A stretch of DNA of 11,018 nucleotides from Armatimonadota bacterium. GTDB lineage: Bacteria > Sysuimicrobiota > Sysuimicrobiia > Sysuimicrobiales > Humicultoraceae. The notes under the pieces were generated by a model, which had not been told where the DNA came from, did not search any database, and saw only the letters and a program-made list of their open reading frames with translations. The translations under genes were made by a program, and so were the position numbers. Below, one piece after another: positions 1 through 6,899 of the stretch. Numbering within the stretch: position 1 is the stretch's first letter; the number at the start of each line of letters is the position of its first letter. The stretch is taken from positions 1 to 11,018 of the forward strand of contig JBQTJP010000307.1 of NCBI GenBank assembly GCA_052386995.1, written 5' to 3'.

Positions 1-101
1 GCCTCCCGGGTCTGCGCTGCTAGGGATTCCAGGCGTGTCACCTGCTGACGCAGGCTCTCGAGTTCCTCGAGGAGGTGGGCGTCCATCTTGAGATCGCTCA
101 T
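1..101 (-). CDS. 5' part of a gene truncated by the window edge; coiled-coil N-terminus, possibly of a signal-transduction protein (PAS/histidine kinase/GGDEF/HD-GYP type)
   Basis: Manual translation from ATG at 101 gives MSDLKMDAHLLEELESLRQQVTRLESLAAQTRE..., open to the edge, with an in-frame TAG just upstream at 111-113. The heptad-like LLEELESLRQQVTRLE resembles N-terminal coiled coils of PAS-containing sensor proteins. Not in the ORF track. Only 33 codons are visible. Confidence 0.55.
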   Translation of the reverse strand, partial: MSDLKMDAHLLEELESLRQQVTRLESLAAQTRE

Positions 102-239
102 GTCCGATGTCTACCCAAGAGGCCGTGCCCCGATACCCGTGATGTCGCTCGGCATTCCCGCACTTCGAGAGCAGCGTCGTCCTTCCCCTGCCTGTGGAGG
201 GCGGTGTCAGGTTGTCGTCCTGATGGCCTTGGGTGGTGA

Positions 240-1295
240 TTAGAGGGCGGGCGGAGTTCTGGACAGACGGTCGCGGGCTGCGGTATCGAGATCGCCGTGG
301 GCCTCCCTGGAGTCCGCGACCAGGCGCGCAAAGCCTTTCTGATCGAGAACGAGGAGCTCGACGGGCGTCGCGGCGGTCACCGTCGCCGTGCGGCGCATCT
401 CGCGCAGCAGGCCGATTTCGCCGAAGTATTCTCCCGGACCCAGCCGGGCCACGTCGATCGGCTTCCCCTCCGGTCCCGCCCGGGTGACCGCGACCTCCCC
501 TTGGGCGATGACGTAGAAGTTTTCTGCGGGCTCGCCCTCGCGGACGATAGTCGCGCCGCGTGGCAGGCTGGCAACCTTGAGAAGGGCGGTCGCCTCCGCG
601 AGCACTGGCGCGGTAACGCGTGGGAGCGCGCGCCTGAGCCACTCATCGTAGACCACGCGAAGTTGCACGAAAAAGGCAATCATGAGCGGCGTGGTTTCGA
701 TCAGGTTATAGAGGAAGTGCAGATCGGGGCGTGTTACGGGAAGGCCGCCGCCGATCAGCCCGCCACGGCCGAGCAGGCCCGGCGTGCCCGCTACGCCGGT
801 GGTCAAATAGGTAACGAACACGACGATGTGCTCGGCTTCATGCCATCCCGCCAGCACCAGCGTGGCCCACAACCATCGGTTGGACCGGAATCGCGTAAGC
901 AGCACAGCCACCGCGGCGAGGACCCACGTGTTCCACACGAAGTGGACCCATTCGATGTCGAGAGCGCCGAAAATCCCTCGTGCCGCCACCCCGTGGAGCC
1001 CGAGGGCATGGATCTGGATCACCTGGGCGAGGTGCTCCAGAACATGACCGCCCTGTGTCACAACGAGCAGATAGAAAAGGGCGAGCCACTGATAGTGCCG
1101 ATAGGTCCATACGGTCTCGGACGTGAGCACCGGAAGCCACGGCAGCACAGCGAAAAGGCCGATGACCCACACCGGCCAGCCCGCGACAATCGCGAGGAGC
1201 GTGCCAGCCACCGAAGCCGCGGCCGTGATCACCAGAATCCGGCGTGGCACGCTGTGCACTGTAATCGCCCTGCGTAACGCGGCGTGCATGGTCAT
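240..1295 (-). CDS. Multi-pass membrane protein with repeated His/Glu motif fused to a C-terminal cyclic-nucleotide-binding (CRP-type cNMP) domain, 351 aa
   Basis: Start trimmed from 1547 to ATG 1295 (alternative 1289), 4 nt after the upstream TAG at 1300-1302. About six hydrophobic segments lie in residues 20-212. The C-terminus carries the cNMP signature IVREGEPAENFYVIAQGEVAV...LGPGEYFGEIGLL...RRTATVTA. Confidence 0.9.
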   Translation of the reverse strand: MTMHAALRRAITVHSVPRRILVITAAASVAGTLLAIVAGWPVWVIGLFAVLPWLPVLTSETVWTYRHYQWLALFYLLVVTQGGHVLEHLAQVIQIHALGLHGVAARGIFGALDIEWVHFVWNTWVLAAVAVLLTRFRSNRWLWATLVLAGWHEAEHIVVFVTYLTTGVAGTPGLLGRGGLIGGGLPVTRPDLHFLYNLIETTPLMIAFFVQLRVVYDEWLRRALPRVTAPVLAEATALLKVASLPRGATIVREGEPAENFYVIAQGEVAVTRAGPEGKPIDVARLGPGEYFGEIGLLREMRRTATVTAATPVELLVLDQKGFARLVADSREAHGDLDTAARDRLSRTPPAL

Positions 1296-1299
1296 GACA

Positions 1300-3444
1300 C
1301 TACGTCCGAGCGAGAACTTTTGCATCTCTGACCAGCAGGGATGCGATCCGCTTCGCGGCCCGGCGCGCGCTGTCCCCAGGAGGCTGCCGGTAGGCGACTG
1401 GAGTGCGCAGTAACTCTCTGAACGTACGGGCCAGGCGCTCGGGGGTCGCATCCGCAAAGTCCAGGCGATGGCGAGCGCCATAGTGCGCGAGCCGGTAGTC
1501 CACGTAGTGATTCTGCTCCCAGTGGCGGCGGAGCGGTACATGAGCAAAGGGCCGCCGCGTGGCGACGAGCTCCATCGTGGTGCTCAGACCGCCCTGGACG
1601 ACCGCCGCATCGGCGCAGGCCAGATGCTCGAACAGGTTGTGGACATAGGGGCGTTTCTCAAGGCCCTCGGCGTCTGGGATCTCGCGGGGGTCGATGCGGG
1701 GGCCTGTCACCATCACCATCCGCGCGTCCGGCACTTCCTCGCGGATGAGCGGCACCGACTCCGCGACATGCCGCAGAAGATCACGTCCCACAGCAGTTCC
1801 GCCGACTGCGGCCATAAGGAGTGGGTATCCCCCACCGTAGCCCAGGCGCGCCCGCAGCGCCTCGGTGTCCTGGTAGGCCTCGGGGGCAAACGGCACGATG
1901 TAGCCTACCGGCTCGAACCAGCGCCGCGCCCAGTCGCGGATGTTGGGCAGCCCCGGCCCGAACGGAGCATCCGGGAGCTCCTCGTAGTCCCCGATGTAGA
2001 GTGACAGGTCGCGCACGTAGGGGAAGCGGGCGCGCTGCTCGATCATTTCCGCGTTGTAGTCGGCGCAGAGCTCGATCTCGCGTGGGTCGTTTTCCGGATC
2101 GACCGGGAGAAAGCCGATGACATCGGTCATGAACACGAAGGGCGCGCACTTCAGTTCAGGATTCTCGTGCAGGAAGTAATCGACCTCCCATGCCTCGTCA
2201 CCAATCCAGATGTCATAGGGTGTCTCCCGCGTGATGTCGTGGAAGAGCATGAAGTTGGCACAGAAGATCTCGTCCATGCACCGGAAGGCATAGAACGCGT
2301 GGAGGTCGTGCTGCGATGATTCCTCCTCCCAGTGCGCGGATTCGAGCGCCTGCAGATGGCTCATTGGATGCATGCGCTCCCCGGCCGCTTCGAGCACCTG
2401 CGTCGCCGGATGCTGCGCCCACCAGTGGATCTCCAGGTCGGGGATAATGGCACGCAACTCGCGGGCCACCGCGATATCCCGCTGCACGTGGCCGAGGCCG
2501 ATCGATGACGAGATGAACAGCGCACGGCGCGGTCGCTGAAGCGCGCGTTCCCAAACGATGCGCCGTGGTTTTGGCGGCGCGACCGAGTCCACGAACTCTT
2601 TCATCAACATATTCACCACCACCGGATGTCTGGCATTGGGGACGTGGCCGACTCCGCCCTGAAGGTGCACGAGCGCTCCTCCGGTAAGCTCGGCCATCCG
2701 TTCGGCGCGGGCCGGTGACTGGCACCTGTCCAGATCGCCGTAAAGAATCAGGACAGGGCAGCGCAGCCGCCTGCACAGTTCCTCAGCTTCGTCTTTCGTT
2801 GTCGGGAAGAGTCGCGTCTCATTGCGGCGGATCAAGGGCTCTCCATCGGTTGCGAGACCCCACTCGATTGCGTCGTCCCACACTTTTGTAGAATGCGGTT
2901 CTGGGATGAACTCTTGTGTGTGGAATTCGACGTAGCCTCGCCAGTTGCGGCGCCAGTAATGCTTGTTGTGCTTGGCCCAGCCTTCGTCGGTGTCAAGCAC
3001 ATCAGTGAACGAGTACTGCAGCCAGTGCGGATGCGGCGCGGCGAGCGGCAGGCCCGGCGCAATGGCGACCAGACCAAGTGTCCGCTCAGGGTACGCTGCT
3101 GCGAATACGACGGCCCACTTGATTCCCGTGCAGAGCGCGGCTACGGTAGCCTGAGTCGTATCCGTCTGCTCCATGACCTCCAGGGCATCCGCCACGTATT
3201 CGCTATCGGCATAGGCCGCGGTCGATGTAGGACGATCGGACCGGCCGTTCCCTCGTGGATCGAACGTCACCACGCGGTAGTGGCGGGCAAGATACGGGAT
3301 CTGCCCCTTCCAAAGACCCGAGTGAACGATGGGTGAGGTCGGCATCAAGAGCACCGTTGTGTCACCGGCGCCGTGCACCTCGTAATAGACGCGCACGCCA
3401 TCGCGAACTACATAGCCCGTCTGGTCGGGCTGGCGCGCCCTCAC
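1300..3444 (-). CDS. Alpha/beta-fold hydrolase fused to a GT-B glycosyltransferase (UDP-glycosyltransferase/GT28-like), 714 aa
   Basis: N-domain: FDPRGNGRSD, nucleophile elbow A-L-C105-T-G, YGDLD239, GH267VP. C-domain from about residue 306: LFISSSIGLGH319VQRD, AAVGGTAVG and the donor-binding segment ADAAVVQGGLSTTMELVATRRPFAHVPLRRHWEQ. The GTG start overlaps the upstream TGA (GTGA, 3441-3444). Confidence 0.92.
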   Translation of the reverse strand: MRARQPDQTGYVVRDGVRVYYEVHGAGDTTVLLMPTSPIVHSGLWKGQIPYLARHYRVVTFDPRGNGRSDRPTSTAAYADSEYVADALEVMEQTDTTQATVAALCTGIKWAVVFAAAYPERTLGLVAIAPGLPLAAPHPHWLQYSFTDVLDTDEGWAKHNKHYWRRNWRGYVEFHTQEFIPEPHSTKVWDDAIEWGLATDGEPLIRRNETRLFPTTKDEAEELCRRLRCPVLILYGDLDRCQSPARAERMAELTGGALVHLQGGVGHVPNARHPVVVNMLMKEFVDSVAPPKPRRIVWERALQRPRRALFISSSIGLGHVQRDIAVARELRAIIPDLEIHWWAQHPATQVLEAAGERMHPMSHLQALESAHWEEESSQHDLHAFYAFRCMDEIFCANFMLFHDITRETPYDIWIGDEAWEVDYFLHENPELKCAPFVFMTDVIGFLPVDPENDPREIELCADYNAEMIEQRARFPYVRDLSLYIGDYEELPDAPFGPGLPNIRDWARRWFEPVGYIVPFAPEAYQDTEALRARLGYGGGYPLLMAAVGGTAVGRDLLRHVAESVPLIREEVPDARMVMVTGPRIDPREIPDAEGLEKRPYVHNLFEHLACADAAVVQGGLSTTMELVATRRPFAHVPLRRHWEQNHYVDYRLAHYGARHRLDFADATPERLARTFRELLRTPVAYRQPPGDSARRAAKRIASLLVRDAKVLART

Positions 3445-3446
3445 CG
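3434..3446 (-). repeat. 13-nt stop/start junction CGGTGAGGGCGCG, identical to 4291-4303
   Basis: Plus-strand cgcgccctcaccg occurs at both 3434-3446 and 4291-4303; each copy contains the GTGA stop/start overlap between hydrolase paralogs. Confidence 0.8.
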
Positions 3447-4301
3447 GGCCGCCCTCAGACGTTCCGCTGATGGCACGCGCGGAGTATCGAGCCCTGCCAG
3501 GAACTCACGGATCAGCAGATTCACCCTGACAGGATCACGGATCATGGGAAAGTGCCCGCCGCCTACAACCGTCACGAGGTTGGCCTGCGGAAGCAGGCGC
3601 AGGAGTTCCTCCGCGTACACGTACCTGACGCGGGCATCCTTGGTGCCGTGAATGAGCAGGACGGGACAACGCACTGCATCCACTTCAGGCCGCGCATCGA
3701 TGACCGACCAGCCGTGCTCTCCCGTGGCGACAAGAGTCTGCACGTCGGTGGCGTGCGTATACTCGCACCCGTCATCGTACGGCTTGGTCGAGTGCGGCTC
3801 GGGGAATGAAACTGTCCAGAATTCCTGCACCCAGCCGTCAAAGTCCCCGAGCATCCGCGCTCGGCGCTGCTGCAACGCCATTTCCTGTGACAGCGTGCTC
3901 GAATGTGGATAAAGCGATCCGCCGATAAGGACCACGCTCGCGACGCGGAGAGGATGTCGTGCAGCGAGGATGATAGCCGGCCGGGCGCCACCTGAGATGG
4001 CCACGATGGAGAAACGGTCGATGCTAAGGTCGTCAACCACAGCAAGAGCATCGCCTACCAGAGCTTCCTTGCCGTAGTCGGTAGCGGGGCGATCCGACTT
4101 TCCGGCGCCGCGGGGATCGTAGACAACCGTCCGGTAATGGTGCGCCAGGAAGGGCACCTGCATTTTCCAGGCCCGGCCGTGCACGACCTGGGCGCCCGGC
4201 ACGAAGAGGACCGCCGGGTCGCCGTCGCCGCAGGCTTCGTAATAGATCCGCACGCCGGCGTTTACGGCATAGCCCGTGCGATCGGGAAGCCGCGCCCTCA
4301 C
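3441..4301 (-). CDS. Alpha/beta-fold hydrolase with intact Ser-Asp-His triad, 286 aa
   Basis: Start trimmed from 4568 to GTG 4301, based on the GTGA overlap, GAGGGTG upstream and an N-terminus MRARLPDRTGY matching the paralogs. Motifs: YDPRGAGKSD, A-I-S103-G-G, IHGTKD222, GGGH250FP. Confidence 0.92.
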   Translation of the reverse strand: MRARLPDRTGYAVNAGVRIYYEACGDGDPAVLFVPGAQVVHGRAWKMQVPFLAHHYRTVVYDPRGAGKSDRPATDYGKEALVGDALAVVDDLSIDRFSIVAISGGARPAIILAARHPLRVASVVLIGGSLYPHSSTLSQEMALQQRRARMLGDFDGWVQEFWTVSFPEPHSTKPYDDGCEYTHATDVQTLVATGEHGWSVIDARPEVDAVRCPVLLIHGTKDARVRYVYAEELLRLLPQANLVTVVGGGHFPMIRDPVRVNLLIREFLAGLDTPRVPSAERLRAAR

Positions 4302-4303
4302 CG
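4291..4303 (-). repeat. 13-nt stop/start junction CGGTGAGGGCGCG, identical to 3434-3446
   Basis: Exact match read from the sequence; contains the GTGA overlap at 4298-4301. Confidence 0.8.
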
Positions 4304-5152
4304 AGTCACCCTCGCGCCTGCCGGCACCGGTTGCCGGGCGCCGTGGCGGCTCAAGAACTCGCGCAGCATGAGGTTCATCCTGACCGGGTCGCGGCCCGCA
4401 GGAAAGGATCCACGAGTCTCGATTGTCGCCAGACCGGCGTAGGGCAACGTGGCTAGAGCCTTCAGGGATTGCTCGTACGGGACGACCCGGTCGTGCCGCC
4501 CGTGGATCAGCAACACGGGGCAGCGCACTTGAGGAAGCAGAGGGCGCACGTCCGCATCGGCCCAGCACTCTTCGGCCGCGGTCACGATGATGCGTGGGTC
4601 GGTCTGATGAGCCCAGGCCCAGTAGTCGTCGTGCAGCACGGTCGAGTGTGGCTCTGGGAAGGCGTCGACCCAGATGAGATGGCGGAGGGTTTCATCGTAC
4701 TCGGCGATGTAGCGGCGCTTCCACACTTCCCACTCTCCCGGCGCGACCTTGGGCGCGCCTGAGAAACGTGGGCAGAAGAGCACCATGGCGCCCACGCGAC
4801 GGGGCTGGCGGACCGCTAGAACAACGGCCGGCCGCGAGGCGGACCCCTCGGTCACGAGTGCGCACTGCGTGATCCCTAGCTCATCCAGCACAGCAATGGC
4901 GTCCCCCACGAGCTGCTCCATTAAGTACCCCGCCGTCGGCCGGTCCGAGCGGCCATTGCCGCGTCCGTCATAAACCACAGTCCGGTAATGACGCGCCAGG
5001 AAAGGGACCTGCATCTTCCAGATGCGGCTGTGGACGATCTGGTGCGGCGCGATGAAGAGAACAGTCTGGGGCCCTGCGCCGTGGACCTCGTAGTAGATCC
5101 GCACACCGTCGTTGACGGCGTATCCCGCCTCGTCAGGTTCGCGAGCCCGCAT
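4298..5152 (-). CDS. Alpha/beta-fold hydrolase homolog lacking the canonical nucleophile and catalytic His (probable pseudo-hydrolase), 284 aa
   Basis: YDGRGNGRSD and CPVLLIHGRHD are retained. Gap-free alignment to the neighbouring paralog places Gly103 (T-E-G-S-A) at the nucleophile position, and RGS249FP replaces GGHFP. ATG is preceded by GGGAGG. Confidence 0.9.
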   Translation of the reverse strand: MRAREPDEAGYAVNDGVRIYYEVHGAGPQTVLFIAPHQIVHSRIWKMQVPFLARHYRTVVYDGRGNGRSDRPTAGYLMEQLVGDAIAVLDELGITQCALVTEGSASRPAVVLAVRQPRRVGAMVLFCPRFSGAPKVAPGEWEVWKRRYIAEYDETLRHLIWVDAFPEPHSTVLHDDYWAWAHQTDPRIIVTAAEECWADADVRPLLPQVRCPVLLIHGRHDRVVPYEQSLKALATLPYAGLATIETRGSFPAGRDPVRMNLMLREFLSRHGARQPVPAGARVTR

Positions 5153-5160
5153 TATGACTG

Positions 5161-5166
5161 CCTCCC
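5161..5166 (-). promoter_or_regulatory. Shine-Dalgarno GGGAGG for the 5152 start
   Basis: Plus-strand cctccc at 5161-5166, 8 nt from the ATG at 5152. Confidence 0.75.
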
Positions 5167-5242
5167 GCGAACCTCTCCACTGCCAATCGTCACGGATCCA
5201 CGGCGGGTTGGTACACGATCAAACCCGGCTTTCATGGAGACG

Positions 5243-5770
5243 CTATGGACGGCGAGGCGTCGGCGGGGCATCAATGGGTTTCACCTCCCTCACGAACCTT
5301 ACGAAGTGAAGCACACGGTCAGTCTCCACGATGTGATACGGGCGCGCGGGGCCCGGCGAGTTGGCAGAACCCAGTTCCAGGGAGTAATACACCACATCCT
5401 GGGCGATGTTGGCCCGGACGATCCGCACAATCTGTACATCCCGCGCTGCGTTGCCGCTGGCGAAGATAGCGACGATCGAGTGCCGCGCGAAATCCACGCC
5501 GGGATTCGGAAAGCCCGGAGCCGTGCACGAGGCCCCGGGCTTACCCACTTCACCACCCCTGTGGTCGCTCACATGCTGCTCCCAGGCGTCCAGTGTGCGA
5601 ACCACGAACTCGCCGCCACTGTGACACGTCCAACCACCCTTGCTGATCGTGGCAAACCGCAAGATCTCGTTCGCCGGGACCGCACTTACCGGCTGAGCCA
5701 AGGCCATAGGGCCGGCCAGCCCAACCAGCACGGATAGAGTAATCAGGACCTTCGCTATGTCCCTGTACAT
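5243..5770 (-). CDS. Secreted protein with PrcB C-terminal-like domain, 175 aa
   Basis: Start trimmed to ATG 5770, which has AAGGAGG upstream. Signal peptide MYRDIAKVLITLSVLVGLAGPMALA-Q. The pattern VDFARHSIVAIF...V.IVRIV...VVYY...PYHIVE...VRF resembles the PrcB_C family. Two Cys could form a disulfide. Confidence 0.72.
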   Translation of the reverse strand: MYRDIAKVLITLSVLVGLAGPMALAQPVSAVPANEILRFATISKGGWTCHSGGEFVVRTLDAWEQHVSDHRGGEVGKPGASCTAPGFPNPGVDFARHSIVAIFASGNAARDVQIVRIVRANIAQDVVYYSLELGSANSPGPARPYHIVETDRVLHFVRFVREVKPIDAPPTPRRP

Positions 5771-5775
5771 TGGCG

Positions 5776-5782
5776 CCTCCTT
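5776..5782 (-). promoter_or_regulatory. Shine-Dalgarno AAGGAGG for the 5770 start
   Basis: Plus-strand cctcctt at 5776-5782, 5 nt from the ATG. Confidence 0.8.
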
Positions 5783-5820
5783 TGTCCAAGCCGCCAAGCC
5801 TGGCGTGAACGCTCGGCGTC

Positions 5821-6381
5821 TCAACGGTTCACCGCAGCCAGCACAGCTTTCAACTGGTTGGCTACCGCGAGGGAGTCGGCTCGAACGGACGCTAGGCCCA
5901 ACATGCAAATGGTGGCGACCGCGGTATTAAAGGCGGTGGTCACGCCCTGCGTCGCGGTCTCGGGGATCGTGACCCCAAGGGCGGCCGCGGCCTTCAAGTC
6001 GGGCATGATCCCGTCCCCCTGCCCCTGGCAGGGGTTGCCGGCCTCCCGCCTGAACATCGCCCCGCGCTGCCCCTGCAGGCAGTTGATGACGCGCCGCATG
6101 TGCGCGTGGCCAATCGGCACTGTCGAGGCCCGGCTGGCCTGCTCCGCATGCAAGATCGCCGTGGCCAGTTGTGTTCTGATCCGGGCCATGACCGGGCCGC
6201 TCAGTTTCTGCGCCGGAGCCGCGGGCGGAAATGCAAAGACCGCCGCCGCGATAATCGCACCTGCCAGCAGCATCCCCGTTCCCGACGGAGTATGTGTACG
6301 TGTCTTCAATGCCGACCTTGAGGAGCAGATCCTCACGCAGTCGTCGATGGCGTTAGCCTCGTCCGGTTCTCGCGCGCACAT
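5821..6381 (-). CDS. Secreted helical protein of unknown function; start uncertain (ATG 6381, TTG 6309 or ATG 6273)
   Basis: Signal-peptide-like MLLAGAIIAAAVFAFPPAAPA-Q is followed by amphipathic helices with HAxxA...HxH...NCLxG...GNPCxGxGxG. It fills the gap between neighbours on the operon strand. The strongest RBS belongs to ATG 6381. Confidence 0.75.
   Translation of the reverse strand: MCAREPDEANAIDDCVRICSSRSALKTRTHTPSGTGMLLAGAIIAAAVFAFPPAAPAQKLSGPVMARIRTQLATAILHAEQASRASTVPIGHAHMRRVINCLQGQRGAMFRREAGNPCQGQGDGIMPDLKAAAALGVTIPETATQGVTTAFNTAVATICMLGLASVRADSLAVANQLKAVLAAVNR
6328..6381 (-). pseudogene. Relic 5' fragment of a fourth alpha/beta hydrolase paralog, in frame with the downstream secreted protein
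   Basis: MCAREPDEA-NAIDDCVRI versus MRAREPDEAGYAVNDGVRI (start of 4298-5152): 13 of 18 aligned residues identical with one codon gap. Confidence 0.75.
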
Positions 6382-6387
6382 GGACGT

Positions 6388-6393
6388 CCTCCT
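6388..6393 (-). promoter_or_regulatory. Shine-Dalgarno AGGAGG for ATG 6381, overlapping the upstream TAG
   Basis: Minus strand reads TAGGAGGACGTCC-ATG; 6-nt spacing. Confidence 0.75.
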
Positions 6394-6853
6394 AGGCATC
6401 TGGGCGGGAGTATCCTTCCCGCCGTTCCCAAATTGCGTTTACGATGAGCCAGCGGTCGTCGAACTTCGCGAGGTGCAGATACTCGACGTACAGGTAGGCG
6501 ATGACCGTCGCGCAGGCTATGTGGCCGTACACATCGCGGATGGTGATGTGGACCCAACGTTCGCCCTCCGGCGTCCTCGCCGTCCCTGCTCCCTCCCCAG
6601 TTTTGGCGACCATGACCCGTCCGTCCAGGTGGCTGAGCGCCCACGATCCATCCTTTGGGTCCCGCGCGACGTTCCGCTTCGCCAGGTCCGGGTGGAGGCA
6701 TCTCTCCATCCGTTGCGCATCAGCCGTATACCAGGCCTGGTAGTAGTCGCGGCAGGCCTGGGTGATGGCCTCTACGTCCTCAGCTGAGGCCGAGACCCCT
6801 AGAGGAGTCCCCGCTGCAGCCTCTCTAAGCGAACCTGAGTCCGGCCTGCCCAT
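6392..6853 (-). CDS. NTF2/SnoaL-like fold protein (putative lumazine-binding family), 153 aa
   Basis: Start trimmed to ATG 6853, with AAAGGGGTG upstream. Motifs AITQACRDYYQAWYTADAQRMERCLHPDLAKR and EYLHLAKFDDRWLIVNAIW are typical of this NTF2-like family. Confidence 0.85.
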   Translation of the reverse strand: MGRPDSGSLREAAAGTPLGVSASAEDVEAITQACRDYYQAWYTADAQRMERCLHPDLAKRNVARDPKDGSWALSHLDGRVMVAKTGEGAGTARTPEGERWVHITIRDVYGHIACATVIAYLYVEYLHLAKFDDRWLIVNAIWERREGYSRPDA

Positions 6854-6872
6854 CGAATCACACCCCTTTGAA

Positions 6873-6891
6873 GGGCCGGGAATCCCGGCCC
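6873..6891 (-). other. Perfect 8-bp GC stem-loop between genes (mRNA-stabilising element or weak terminator)
   Basis: Minus strand GGGCCGGG-ATT-CCCGGCCC followed only by TTCAAA (no U-tract), 8 nt after the TAG at 6900. Confidence 0.6.
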
Positions 6892-6899
6892 CCCGGACA

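Noticed and set aside
297..1277. 326-aa plus-strand ORF
   Set aside because: Antisense shadow of the cNMP membrane gene; no recognisable motifs, and long antisense ORFs are expected in high-GC DNA.
1296..1547. Long N-terminal extensions in the ORF track (also 4302-4568, 5771-5908 and 7596-7808)
   Set aside because: They overlap upstream genes in other frames; RBS position, signal peptides and paralog alignment support the shorter starts.
5204..5227. Imperfect inverted repeat cgggtt...aacccg
   Set aside because: Short stem, long loop and no U-tract; too weak to call a terminator or operator.
5610..5640. WTCH in the PrcB-like protein as a heme c site
   Set aside because: The first Cys of CxxCH is missing (GWTCH).
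5786..5805. ccaagcc direct repeat and 5-bp hairpin cgcca/tggcg
   Set aside because: Within chance expectation for GC-rich sequence.
5858..6787. 309-aa plus-strand ORF
   Set aside because: Spans two well-supported minus-strand genes and has no motif or RBS support.
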